A stretch of DNA of 64,000 nucleotides, taken from Callorhinchus milii (taxonomy: Eukaryota). Where the stretch lies: positions 34,970,001 through 35,034,000 of the forward strand of contig NW_024704743.1 in assembly GCF_018977255.1 (NCBI RefSeq), written 5' to 3'. A program made the translations under genes and the position numbers. This document shows positions 27,057 to 39,940 of the stretch, one piece after another. Position 1 is the stretch's first letter; each line of letters opens with the position of its first letter. Below the pieces are notes generated by a model, which was not told the DNA's origin, ran no database searches, and saw only the letters and a list, made by a program, of their open reading frames with translations.

Positions 27057-27439
27057 AATTATTTTTGCCCTTCAAATCTTCTGCAACATCAGTGTGGTGG
27101 TTTTATTTCATGACGTACTGGACAGAGAGAATGTTTCTGATTGAATACTACACCACTTACTCTTGAAAAATTAGACTTGGCTGCTGATTTATCTTCAACT
27201 ATTATCTATGAATGTATTCACTGCTGTTCTTTTACTACCTGTCATAAAACTTGCTGGAGTAGAAGTTCATGTTTGGGTAGTGTTGGATACAGAGCAGAAC
27301 TGTGATGGAAAAGTGCTTTCTCAGAGGTTTCAAGAAGACTGTTTTAGTCAGGAAGCAGTGAGCCATTGTATGGACAGGAAAACTGCAGCTGTTGCTGTTT
27401 TTCATTAAAGTTCTGTTTTTAGGTTTAATGGTGGCTTTA

Positions 27440-27860
27440 CAATAACCAAAGCCCTTATATGGTGGCTTTTACATCAGGTCGATGTCCCAAGGCACTGGGC
27501 AGTCACGGATTTGACCCCAAGCTGTTGTTTGGATTCAGGAGGGGAGGGGGAGGGGAATTGTCCAAATTTGTGGTCAAAAGAGGAAGGTCTTGACGGAGAA
27601 GGCGAAGGAAGTGGTAAGGCAAAGGGATTCTGGGACGGGGTTCCAGAGAGTGGGGGCAGAAAGCTGACTGCTGGTAGTGGGATGGGGAGAGTGAGAGACG
27701 TGAAGCAGGCCAGGGCCCGCCAAGCAGGGGAAGTGGAAGATTTGGCAGTTTTACAACATCACAGAGACAGGGAGGTGCAAGACCAACCATGGAGGGATTT
27801 AAAAGTGAGAACAAGAATCTTGAACTCAATCCAGTGGAGCTGGGTGAGGTTAGGGGTGAT
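27440..27860 (-). mobile_element. Degenerate L2 3' portion
   Basis: Reverse complement of the L2 C-terminus/3'UTR (ccagtggagc, gaatcttgaactcaat, gatgtcccaaggcactgg). Confidence 0.75.
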
Positions 27861-29489
27861 ATACAAGGATAGTCATTCTACGTAAAGAGATCTACAACTT
27901 TCAACTGTACACAAGGCCATTTCTGTTAAACCTGTGCACTTTATCTCTCTCTGGCCCTCACAATTGAGTAATTTTCCAAGACACTTCTTTAAGACCAAAC
28001 TAGTCTCCCTCACACTTTTATTTTGGACAGAACTTCAGAGAGCTGTTCAGACCATGGTGTTTTAAAAGTCTGCTAGTCTGTTCTTTAGATTCAGCAGATA
28101 AGAATTTGTATAATTGTCCTTCTGACTTTACACCCAAGTACTGTAAGGAATATAAAAAGAACAAGAGGAAGATAGGATTACTAGTAATCTTCATTCTTTT
28201 GGTAAAGAATATATTTTCTGTACATTAGATTTATGAATTTTATTAAGAGCCTGATCTGTCAGCCAACAGCACACACATTCATGTGGCTTCAGAAGTTTTC
28301 ACTTCAAGAAGAGCCTTTGGCCTATTTGATCTCATCCTTCCAGAATATGAACACTTCCAGCTTTCCATTACAGCAGAATTTTAAGTCAGAGTTTTATTTT
28401 AAATCCATCATAGAAGAATGATGTAGCTTTTAGATACCAATACATTGGTCTGTCAGAGAAATTAATTAGCTGTCTGTACAATCTTGTGCAATTAGCTTTA
28501 ACATTTTCCACACAAATCTTTGGCAATTGTATAAGATGGTTAATTTTCTATATAAATGCTATTGTGATAAATGGATGTGTGCTCTCTGGTTGTATGGTTA
28601 TGAAATGCATATGTTCTTTCCACTTCACCAGCATTAAATAAACTCACATTTATATAACAGCCTTTACATAGGGTAACGTCTTCAATCGCTTTACAAGTAT
28701 TGAATTAAACACCGAGCAAGGAAGAGACATTTCCATATAAATGTGGTTCACTCAACAAAAAATGTGTATACTGCTACAGTACTGTTTCTTCTGTGAAATG
28801 TGAGTCAGTCATAACTAATGCACCCTAATGAATTTATCCTGTGAAGATCAGTACCAAATATAAAGTGTTGATGAGCACATTGGTTCAGGAAGGGGCACTT
28901 GTGTCCAGATCAATATACAAATAATGCATTGAGTTGCTTTTTTACTATCCTCGTGTGGGGAGGGGGAAAGCAATGGAATGTTGGAATGGAGTCAAGTCTC
29001 AATTGCAGTCATGCTCATCTGGTTCCTGTAGTTGTGGTACACAGTACTCCTGTTGATGCCAGACCAGCCAGCTTGGCTCACTGGCAGGACTTGGGTGGGA
29101 GCAGGGATTCTGGGATCAGCTAACTACAAAGTAATGTGCAGTGTCCTACTACTGTGAACCCACCTGACTCATGAACTGGTCTACCGAGACTGCTACAGAA
29201 GGTTGGCTCAATTTTGACATTCCATTGCCAAACATGTCACCTTGGAGCTCCAAGGTGATAAATGAATGTGTGCTCTCTGGTTGTTTGGCTATGAAATGCA
29301 TATATTCTTTCCATTTTATCAGCGAGATATATTTCCCCTCCCACCCCCCAGGAGGATAGTCATTTGGTAATTTGACTTTGAGCAAGTACGGGTTTAAGCC
29401 CTCACTAGTTGGATTGTAGGTACCAGGAACTTCCTGGTGGGCAGCACAGCTCAGCATGAAATGCATTAGAGCATTGACACCATCTTCCT

Positions 29490-30201
29490 GTCCTCAACTA
29501 TCCTTTCTACCCAACATCTGTGCCATGACCCACTCTGCCTTCCCCCACCTCCGCAACATAGTCTGACTCCACCACTGTCTCACACTGCAAGCCCTAAAAC
29601 CCTCATACACGCATTCATAGCATCCAGGCTCGACTGTGCAAACTCCCTGCTTGTCGGCTTCCCCAACTCCTCCCTCCATTGGCTGCAGATCATCCAGAAC
29701 TCTGCAGTTCATGTCATCCCCCGCACCAGGCTCCATGGCCCTATGACCCCCATCCTCGCTTGACTCCACTGGCTTCCCATCACACAGAGGATACAGTTCA
29801 GGATTCTGTTTTTTACCTTCAAAGCCCTCCATGGCCTTGCTCTCCCCCTACCTCTGCGATCTCCTAACCCCCTACCATGCTGCCTGCTCCCTCCACTCAG
29901 CGGACTCCAACCTGCTTCACGTCCCCCGTCTCGCCCACCCCACCACTGACAGGCGGGCCTTCTACCACTCTGCCCCCACCCTCTAGAACTCTGGCCCCTC
30001 CGCTTCGCCCCCTCCCTTGCCTTCTTTAAGACCCATCTCAAGACTTTCCTCTTCGACCATGCGTTTGATCACCCTGCTTCCCCCACTACCCTCCACCCTC
30101 CCCAATCCCGACCCCCAGCTCGGGTCCGAAACACTGACTGTCCAGCGCCTTGGGATGTCCTCCCAACATGAAAGGCGCTATACAAATGTAATTGTGTTGT
30201 T
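29490..30201 (+). mobile_element. L2 3' portion (lineage I-related)
   Basis: Closely matches the reverse complement of ~62845-63560; tail hairpin and ttgtgttgttg. Confidence 0.9.
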
Positions 30202-30968
30202 GCCCACAGCTTGGATTCGGGTCCCTTCCCATTAAACTATGTTTGTACTAGTTAGGAGGTGTGGAGTTTAAGCAGCAGCTGCTTGCCTCTCTCTGCAAGC
30301 CAATCAAGGTGGACTCCAGGCATTGGATATATGAATGCGTGTTTGCTAACATGGACTCCAGGTAATGCTTCCCAACTGCTGTCACACCAAGCCTCAGAGT
30401 TTCCTCATCAGCTATTTGGCGGTATCTGCCTTAAGCCTGGTGGGAGGAGGTTCCAGCCACCATGATGTTCTTAAAGTCCAAGTACAATGCTGCATCCTAG
30501 GCTTACTCAGCACCAGCTGTTTAATCCAGGTCCTCATGCAAGAGGCCTTGGCAGATAGTCATGCCATCTGTGAATCTATCCCCACCTCAACAGTGCTCAG
30601 TAACAGATCAGTGCAGGCCAGAGCCCTCCTTCCCTTCAGCTGCTTCCCGTGGTTGCTACAAATCCACTTCATGGCTTGATCATGGACTTTACAAATTGAC
30701 CAGAGGAAGTCTTTCCGCTGCATCTCCATAAAGGAAGACCATCTGTGGGTGCAAACATACGTGGAATTCTTAATCTGGTTTGGATAATCTGTAGCGTGGT
30801 GAAGGCTTCGCACGTGTCAAGACACCTGGCTGAACAAAAAATGCTTTATTTAACCTAGAATTTATAAACAGCAGATTTGCTGATTTAAGCATAACATGGT
30901 GAAACTAGTACAGATTACCAATTCAGCACATTTGTGAGAATGAAAAAGAAAACAACTCCTTCCACGGA

Positions 30969-31012
30969 TCCCTCTTTCCACAACTCCCTCTTTCCACAAC
31001 TCCCTCTTTCCA
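30969..31012. repeat. Short tandem repeat (ccctctttccacaact) x ~2.7
   Basis: Directly visible. Confidence 0.85.
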
Positions 31013-31192
31013 GTCATTAAAATAAAGTTCCCTAGTTTGGGGATTTTGATGGCAGCCTCTTGAATTCCGTGATCTTAGTTTGATATCTGAATCCTATCTT
31101 ATCTATTGTGTGTGATAATGGATTGATCACCAATGTCCACATATTGTGAATATACTGATATTTAGAACAATGTAAAATTAATGTACTGACTA

Positions 31193-31405
31193 AATAATAA
31201 TAATCCTTGCATTTGATATAGCGCCTTATCACCTCGTCAGTGTCTCAAAGCGCTTCACAGGATATACTGTGAAGTGTTTTGTGGGCGAAATACGGCAGCC
31301 TGTTGACCAGAGCAATGTCTCATGAACAGCCATGGAGTGAGCAACTGATTTTTATTTTGGGAATTTGTTGGCCGGGACACTGGGACAAACTCACTTTTCC
31401 AAGAG
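31193..31405 (-). mobile_element. Family A SINE 3' half
   Basis: aataataatccttgcatttgatatagcgccttatc tail, reverse complement. Confidence 0.75.
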
Positions 31406-32454
31406 GGAGAGTGTGTGAATGAGGGAGGAATGAGAGGGGGAGTAATTGAGTGGTGGGGAAAGTGATTGAGCGAGAGCAGAGAGAGAGAGAGAGGGAGAAG
31501 TGAGGGCAGTGTTTCATGGTTCACTATCAGGACAGGCAACTGGAGCTTCACTCGGACACTACGCTTCCAATATGAAAAGGGCACTATATAAATGTTATGT
31601 TTCTGGAAGGGAAACACAAAATATTGCTTAGGCAGCCCGCGAACCTTCTCAAATAGGGAATCCGGCCCACGGCAGCCAAAAGGTTGGACTGCCCTGATCT
31701 GGAGAAATGGATTCAGTTTTCTATTGATTGATTATATCTAGTAGAATGTACTGTTTTTGTACTTTTAAGATGGTTAATTGTTGGGTGAAAAATATTTAAC
31801 ATCTTTACTATATATCATTAAAGCATTTTATTTTGGGATTGTTCTTTGATTCTTAGAAGCATTGACAGGCTGATTTAGTCTTAAAACTGTTTACAGAAGT
31901 AGTTTAAACAAATCAATGTGCTTCAGGAATGAAGTTTCTAAATGATCATGGGATAATAATTTTTGCTTTATCTCTAGTGTGCTGAATGAACTTGCAGGAT
32001 TCATGTTAATGATGTATTGTGGAAGTTTATGTAACGAGTTATATTTTTTAAGGTATGTACACCAGAGAACCATGTCTTATACTCCATGGTGTATATGGTA
32101 TCATATTTAAAGCTTTCAGAAAGAAAGTCTGTGGAGAGTGCTTCCTGCTTCAATGTACTCCTCCGCCACACACCCCAAAATCTATAGGAAAAGAACACAT
32201 CATATAACATTTGTATTTTGCTTGTAGCAAGGAATCTGTTTCAACACATCCAGCCTCTTCAGCTGTTCTGTGTTGTTTATTGCAGGGAGCAACTAAGGTA
32301 CATTGATGCCATAATTCCATCAATGGGTGCTTTAGACTGACTTGAGAGCCAATCTGGAGCCACCTGACTCTGGAAAAAGTGTTGTTCTTGTGGATATACA
32401 ACACCTAGTGAAGTCCGGGCATACATCCTGTCCCATGTGAGAAAACAATATAAG

Positions 32455-32652
32455 TGTCTTTTTTGAAGTGCTTATTACCCCCGGAAAAGCGATCCGCTAA
32501 TTGACTAACAACCAGGTTCCTACTTACGGCTAGGTAACAGAGGAGTGTGCAGTAAGGAAACTTGCCTAAGGTTTCACCCTGCCTACGTATTGAACCCAGG
32601 TCCTTTCATTTGCCAAACGAGTGCTCTAACCAATACATTATAGGGCTCCATA
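32455..32652 (-). mobile_element. Family B SINE, long subtype, 5' half only
   Basis: Reverse complement of head and the ttacctagccgtaagtaggaacc segment. Confidence 0.75.
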
Positions 32653-33907
32653 GCCAACAACAAATACAGAGAGTGATCAAACTTCAGAATGAGATACCAG
32701 GAAAGACTGAGGTCACACAACTGGGTCCCTTTAAGAAACTGATGCAAGAATGTGAAAATGGTAGGATTAATATGAAAAGGTAAAATCCTGAGCTGAAGGA
32801 CTTCCTTCACAACTACTGTTGTGACCACAACAAGTAAAGTTCATCACTGTTCACAGGGTTTTGATGCAATGATAACTTGCTCTTTGTACTTGACTCCTTT
32901 CTCCCTTTTCCTAATTGGTTTTGGTTACAAATCAGATGAAGTCCTTATGATATGAACATTCCTCTCATGTTGCTCTGCCCTGCATGCAGATTTAAATCCT
33001 CTAGATTTAAACTGTTTTGGTGGATGTGGGCTATAGGTAATAATATATAAGCTAATAACATTTGAACATTTTGGTATGATTGGTTAACTAATAATCAAAA
33101 GCTTACGTAATACTTTCTATATTAGTGGAATTTACTAGTTAAAATGTGCCTTGAACTTTCTCAGATTATGTAAAGTTCTTGCTTTTAATAACTCATTTTA
33201 AGAGAGCATTGATAATTTAAAGCCCTTTATCAGGTCACCTCTCAACCTTCTTTGTTCCAGAGGACTCATCCTTGCCTGATTGTTTGACTAAGCAGCAAAT
33301 GTAATGGAGTGCATCAAGTCTACAATACTATTTCACACTCTCGCATTAGTAATCAACAGTGATTAAATACAATCTCTTTTTCCATCATGAGATTCTAATG
33401 TACATTGCATTTCAATTCCAAATGTTGAAGGGGGTGTTATGGAACCCTCTATAGGGTTCACTTTGTAAAACATCTGCCAGGCAGATGGTTTGTTCACTTC
33501 CCACTTCTATTTGCAGTTTTTTATGGAGTTGTTGGGTGTTCTTCGAGTCTTTTCTGGCACGTTCTCTCTTTTGGTTCATTATTCCTTATTGCTCCAATGA
33601 CAATAAAATCTGGAGAAGCTTCTTCATGAATATTCCAGAAAACTTCTGGTCTGTTCTGGTTCTGACTTCAATGTCTTGTGTTACTTGGTTCACCAGTGCG
33701 CTTGTGGACTGATTGTAAAATACTCATTTGGGGGAACCAGATTATTCAAGCTGACCAAATACCAGAAAAACATCATCTGTCTTTTTTAAGTTGTCCAGTG
33801 CCACCCGTTAGTTGTAAGAAAGCCTTTTGAGCAAGTTCATCTTAATCTAGACAGATGGTACTGTTTCCTTTACTTGAGCAATCTACTGTATATTAAAAGT
33901 TTAGGTA

Positions 33908-34318
33908 TCAGCCTAGCTCAGGTGGCAGCACTCTCATCTCTTAAGTCAGAAGGTTGTGGGTTCCAGTGGCACATCAAGACTTTGAACTCAGTCTAGGCTG
34001 ACACTCCAATGCAGTGTTTCAGATATGCCATCCTTCAGATGAGATGTTAAACCAAGGTCCTGTCTGCCTGTTTAGGTGGATGTTAAAGATCCCGTGGACT
34101 ACTCAAAAAGATAAGGGAGTTTGTGTCAGTGTCAGCTAATGTTTCCCCAAATAAAATTGATCATTCACTTAATTTCTGTTTGTGGAACATTACTACACAC
34201 AAATTGGCTGCCTCGCTTGCCTGTAAATGCAGTCGCTACACTTCACGGTAAAATCCTGTGAAACGCTTTGAGACATCTTGACGATGTGAAAGGTTCTGAA
34301 TAAAATGCGATGATTATA
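33908..34318 (+). mobile_element. Full-length tRNA-derived Deu-domain SINE (family A; SacSINE1/AmnSINE1-like)
   Basis: tRNA-like head (tagctcaggtggcagcactctc...gggttcc), Deu-like core aggtggatgttaaagatccc, tgtttgtgg...aaattggctgcc, L2-type tail. Confidence 0.8.
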
Positions 34319-35819
34319 AACATAATCCAATCACTTGCCTTTTTGCAAATGCTTTTTTTTGTTTCCGGCACATCGCCATGCTTAAGAATATACAAACAGT
34401 ACTGAGTTCCGTGCGTGGGACTTGCATAGCAAAGGGCAACTCTCGTTTACAATGCGCATTGGCACTGTGTTTTTGAGTGATAGATGACATCACAGGGAAA
34501 GTGACTCATCTGTTCGATTCTCTATAATGCCTCAATTTATGCAAATCCCTTTACAATGTATCCGAAGAAGTATTTGTGTACTCTAGGTTACTTTATGTGG
34601 AGCTACTTTAAAAAGCAGTAAAATGGCCACTTTTGTAAACTCGTACACATCTATATTTAAACCAGTTTCCAACAAACTATCTTTAAAGCAGCTTTAGTAA
34701 AAAACTATACTGCTGGCAAGCTCCATTGGATCTTCCTTCCAAGGTACAAATATGTTGCTAGCTTCCTTTCAGGAAGGTTGTAAGAAATGTTGCAGGTGAA
34801 TGTGGTTGGGGTAGACATGAGAAAGAAATGTAACGTGAATTTGTAAATTTGAAGTAGCAGGTGAGGACAATATTTCAAAAGTCTGGGGGTTGGATAGAAA
34901 ATAACAAGTGATTTACTTTGTTTTCAGTGCACCACATGTTGAAGAATTTTGTTCTTTCAATTAATGTATGCAACTTTCTCATAATGACTCTTAAAGGTTT
35001 GAAAGGGAACTCAAGTCAACTGTGAGACTGAGAGAAGGTTTTTTCTAAATCCCCAGACAGTTTAACCAGTATACAAGAAAATTGTGAAGGACTATTCAGA
35101 TTTTTAAATTGTGGTAGACCGTATTATTAATATTTGCATTTTGGAGTGGAGCGTTATCAGCCCGCAGACATGGAGACAACCGGGGGCTGGAGGAGACAGC
35201 GCAGAATTAAGAGGGAATGTAAGATAATATAGGTAATATAAGCAACATTATCTCTTTACTTGCTCAGTGCAAGGATTGGTAATTCATGAGATAATTTCTG
35301 TTGTACTAGTATTATACATTTAACAATTTGCACCTCCTCTCCCAATAAAGCAAGTACGTAATAAAATCATATACATTTTGGTGGCGGGTTCTATCCATAT
35401 ACTCTTTAAATTGTAGTGTTGTAACCCTATTTGTAAATGATTACCTGTTGAAATGAACTTCTATATAAATTGGGATTGTTTGATAACTTCTGTCCATCCC
35501 CTTTGTGCTCAGTGAAACACTAAATATGAAGTGATTCAGAATATTTTTAGTTTTTTGTTTTATTACACCTGTAGGGATAGTTGAAAACTGCTTGTTTTGG
35601 GGCAGGGATAATAGTTAATTCCATGGTAAATTATTGTACTGTAATAATTTATTTTGATTGAACACCATCATTGTGGATTCAGATTCAATCAAATTTCGTT
35701 CTCAACAGCTCTGGAGTTTGTATGGTTTTCCAAATATCTTTTGAAATGCTTCTAATATCTACATCCGTGGCTATTTGTGACCTTAGAAAGTCGACTTCTA
35801 AAAGTACATAGTTAGCATA

Positions 35820-36006
35820 AGGAATGCGCTGTCAGGAGCACTGGTTGAAGCAGAATCCATATTGGACTTCAAGAGGGAACTAGATAATTATTCTAAAAAG
35901 AGCTACAGGGATATAAGGTAGATATAAATGGGACTGAAAAGATTGCTCCTGAGGGAGCCGGCACAGACATGATGGCCTTCTGTGCCATGAATTTCTAAGG
36001 TTCTAT
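35820..36006 (+). mobile_element. CR1 3' end
   Basis: ctggttgaagcagaatcc...ttcaagagggaactagataa...gccggcacagacatgatggccttctgtgcc, tttcta tail. Confidence 0.75.
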
Positions 36007-36086
36007 TATTCTTAAGTCGTATTGTAGACTGTAGATGGAAGAATGATTGACTGAATAATTAAGCCTTTATATGATATCAAAAACAG

Positions 36087-36820
36087 TCTTGGCTTTACTC
36101 AGCTGGTAGCACTTTTGACTTTGGTTTATAGTGTTGATGTTCAAGTCCCACAGCAGAGCTTGAGCTCCTAATCAATACTGCACATATGATGCAGGAGGGG
36201 TGCTACATTTTTGGAGGTGCCATAGCAATAATCCTTGCGTTTGATATAGCGCCTTATCACGTTTTGAAGACGTCTCAAAGCGCTTCACAGAATCTACTGT
36301 AAAGTGTACTGACTGTGTTTCTGTGGACGAAACCCAGCAGCAAATTGTGCACAGCTGAGTACCACAAACATTCATGGATTGAAGTGACCAATTTGTTATT
36401 TTTTTTGAAGAAATTATTACCCCCGGAAGAAGCGATCCGCCAATCAACTAATAAGCGGGTTCCTACTTACTGCTAGGTAAACGGAGGCATGTGTGTGTGA
36501 GCGTGAAGTAAGGAAACTTGCCGGGAATCGAACCCAGGTCTCCCACTTGTGAGGCGCATGTTCTAAACCACTAATATTGTGTACATGATTACATACTTAT
36601 AATCAGTCTGCACGTTCCCTACCATCTTTGAGACATTTGCCAATGTCCCACCCACCCATTTGATCATATGGCTCATGTACGTTAAATACCCTGAGGCACT
36701 GTTTTGAAGAGCACAGAATTCATTGTCTGCCAAATGTTCCTGTCAGATTCCCCCCCAAAACTGTGCCATTGATGTTTGTGGAATATTGTTGGCACAAATT
36801 AGGTGTTTGCTTACAAACAT
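36087..36820 (+). mobile_element. Old family A SINE containing a nested antisense family B SINE
   Basis: Head at 36087-36226; Deu-core remnants resume at ~36675. Confidence 0.6.
36227..36573 (-). mobile_element. Family B SINE, long subtype
   Basis: B box gggttcgattccc, insert segment and L2-type tail on the minus strand. Confidence 0.85.
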
Positions 36821-37594
36821 TACGTTTTTAAAAATATTAAGATAACAGTGGTCAATTTAGCAATACACTGGAGTATCTAGATGTATGGAAGGCCTCAAGG
36901 GTGATGTCTGAATCTTGGGCTTCCAGATTTCAGTTTTGAACTGCTAGTTAGTGGGACATAGAGGCAGTGAAAAATTTGTGAGCCAGAATTCCAATACTAC
37001 TCGCCAGACTTAACTGGCATTGCCATGTGTGGGTGGGGGGCCTCTGACATATTAAAGTGACTTTGATAGGATAAATATCAAAGAGCTGCTAAATTGATTT
37101 AATGTGTTTTTGTGACATTTTGACAGAAGGCACCATATCATTTGCAAGTATTATGAACTGTAAGAATCATGTATTTGTCAAATGAGCCTCAATTATGAAA
37201 CTGGAAATGAATCTTACCTGTCTTATATTACACCTTGGAACGCAATTGTAGTTCAAGAAGGTTTTTTTGTAGGCTTGGTTAAGAGCTCCAAATCTAAGCA
37301 TTTTGGCATTGAAGTGGTTATGGACTGCGTAAATAATTAAGACTATCACTTGATTGTACCCCATTTTTGTGTATCAATATAAATTTTGTACCTTTATGAA
37401 TTAATCAATGTAGGATATTGACCAAATAACGCTGTTGAGCATAATGGTCTTTTTCTAAAGCAAGATCCGGTGTGTGTGCGTAGTATTGGAGATAGTTGTA
37501 TTTTTTGTAAGGTTGAAATGTAATCAAGAATGGACTCAAGCCAAACAGGAGCTGAGCCAATTTATTAAAACTCCCAAGAACTAAGGAACAAACA

Positions 37595-39218
37595 GTTTTC
37601 ACAGCACAAAGAAAGCCCTGTTCAAAATTACAGGTTACATTCTGTCTATCTGTGACCAGGGCTCGCTCTGTCTCTTTGTCTTTCTTGATTTCTCTGCCCC
37701 CTTCGATACTGTCAACCACTCTTCTTCTCCTGGTCTTTCCTCTCATCTCCACCGTCATGGTTCTGTCCTTGCCTGGTTTAAATCTTGCCTTTCTCATCGA
37801 CTGACTTTGTTTCCATCAACGGCTTCTCCTCTTGCCCTTGTACCGTCATGTGTGGCATTCTACAGGATTCTGTCCTTGGTTCTCTCCTCTCCAATATCTA
37901 CACGCTCCCGCTTGGTGATGTCATCCGCAGCTATTGGGTTAATTTCCACATGTATGCGGATGACACCCAACTCTATCTCTCTGCCTCGACTCCAAGATCA
38001 CTGTTGTCCTGGTGGATTGTCTGTCAGACATTGTCCTGGATAAGAGCAAACTTTCTCCAGTTGAATGTTGACAAGACCGAAGCCCTCCTTGGCTCCCGTC
38101 AGCACGTCCACACCTCAGGCGCTGACAGCATCACCATTCATGGATGCACACTCCACCTCATAGAGCCAGTACAGAACGTCGGTGTCTTGTTCGACGGTCA
38201 ACTATCATTTAGACCTTGTGGAGTCCTGTAGCTCAGTGGTTAGAGCACTCGCCTTGCAAGTGAGACACCTGGGTTCAATTCCAGGCAGGGCGAAACCTTG
38301 GGCAAGTTTCCTTACTCCACACACTTAATAATAATCCCTCCAAAAAACAAAACAATAATAAATTGGTCATTTTCAATCCACGACTGTTTGTGGGACATTG
38401 CTGTGCACAATTGGCTGCTGCGTTTTAGCCACAAATATACAGTCAATTCACTTTACAGTCTATTCTGTGAAGTGCTTTGAGATGTCTAGAAGACGTGAAA
38501 AGCGCTATATCAAATGCAAGGAATATTATTATTATTATAGACCACACATCCGTGCCATGACCCGTTCTGCCTTACCACACCACCACTAACTACCCCCCCA
38601 CTACCTCTCCCCTTTGGCCGCCGAAACTCTCATTCATTATGTCCATTCTCGACTATGCTAACTCCCTGCTCACCAGACCTCCCAACTCTTCCCTCCACAA
38701 ACTGCAGATTATTCAAAACGCTGTAGCTTGTGTCCTCTCCTTTATAAAGCTCTGTGAACCTATCATCCTATCCTCTACCAGCTCCACTGGCTCCCCAGGC
38801 CTCAGAGGATCGAGTTTAAAATCATCGTCCTCACTTTTAAAGCCCTCCACGTGCCTTGTTCCTCTCTACCCCTGCAACCTGTCTGTGGCTTCTGCTCGGC
38901 AGGCAATAGCCTGCTTCGTGTCCCCCGGCCTGCCCACTCCACCATTGGTGGTCAGGCCTTTAGCTTTTCTGCCCCCACTTTCTGGACCTCCATCCTAGAA
39001 TCCCTCCGCCTTGCCCCCTCCCTTGCCTCCTTCAATGCCAGGCTCAACTTTCCTCTTTGATTGTGCTTTTAGCCACCCTTCCACTTCCCCTACCCTCCAA
39101 CCCCCCCCCCCCCCCTTGATTTCGACCCCCAGTTCGGGTACAAACTTTTAACTATCCAGCACCTTGGGACATCTTTCTAACATTGAAAGAGCTATATAAA
39201 TGTAATTTTGTTATTGTT
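37595..39218 (+). mobile_element. L2 RT-to-3' end, interrupted by a SINE at 38216-38537
   Basis: [47 protein letters not shown]; tail near 39155-39218. Confidence 0.9.
38216..38537 (+). mobile_element. Family B SINE, short subtype, with TAGACC target-site duplication
   Basis: TAGACC at 38210-38215 and 38538-38543; the L2 host is continuous across it. Confidence 0.9.
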
Positions 39219-39719
39219 TTCAAACTCAGATCATCACATGGACAAGAAAGTAGCAAAAGTTACTACTGATGAAAGTAACAGAGGTCTTGAATAAAGATCA
39301 TAAATGTAATCTTTAATCATAAATTGAACAGTGTTCTAATGTCATCTTAAATTAGCTGTGATTAGTTTTGGACTAAATGGTATCAATGTTGTACATCTTT
39401 ATAATTATAAAAACCTTGCCTTAAAAATATAAGATGAAAAATGAGAAAAGGCTATTTGGCTTTTAGCCCAGTCTAATTAATGGAGGGGAGTGGCAGGCAG
39501 GCGCTATCCACTGGTGCCCTTTCAAAATGTTCTCCACACAAAACACCTGTTGCAGCACTCCATCACCACAGGATTTTGTCCTGGATTAATTTATACCCTT
39601 TCGTGTTTGTGTGCCAGTCGTCTGTCACATTCTCTTTTGATATAATCTGCTATATTTGCTATAGTGTTTCATTGCATGAAAATAGTTTTACAGGTGTATG
39701 TGCTACATTCACTATGACT

Positions 39720-39940
39720 ACGTGGGAACTCCATTCCACATTCCCTTCACCTCGTTCCCTCCCTTGCCTCCTTCAAGGCGTGTCTCAAAACCCTACTCTT
39801 CAACCGTGCCTTCAGCCACCCTCCTATCCTCCATCCTCCCTGATACCGACCCGCAGCTCAGGTCCAAATTCCTGACTGTCCAGCGCCTTGGTACGTGCTT
39901 CGACGTGAAAGGCGCTGTACAAATGTAATTTTGTATTGTA
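39720..39940 (+). mobile_element. L2 3' end fragment
   Basis: cagcgccttggtacgtgcttcgacgtgaaaggcgctg tail. Confidence 0.82.

Noticed and set aside
31625..31700. hAT-like terminal (aaaaggttggactgccctg)
   Set aside because: Only one end found; no partner TIR or TSD
35169..35237. ATG-initiated mini-ORF with nearby GT donors as an alternative CDYL first exon
   Set aside because: In-frame TAG precedes the gtaata donor and the gtaaga donor is the wrong phase for the phase-0 exon; no homology recognised
38221..38292. Genuine tRNA-Ala genes (also at 3170, 22021, 57361)
   Set aside because: The cloverleaf is imperfect, copies differ from each other, and each continues into a SINE body and LINE-type tail
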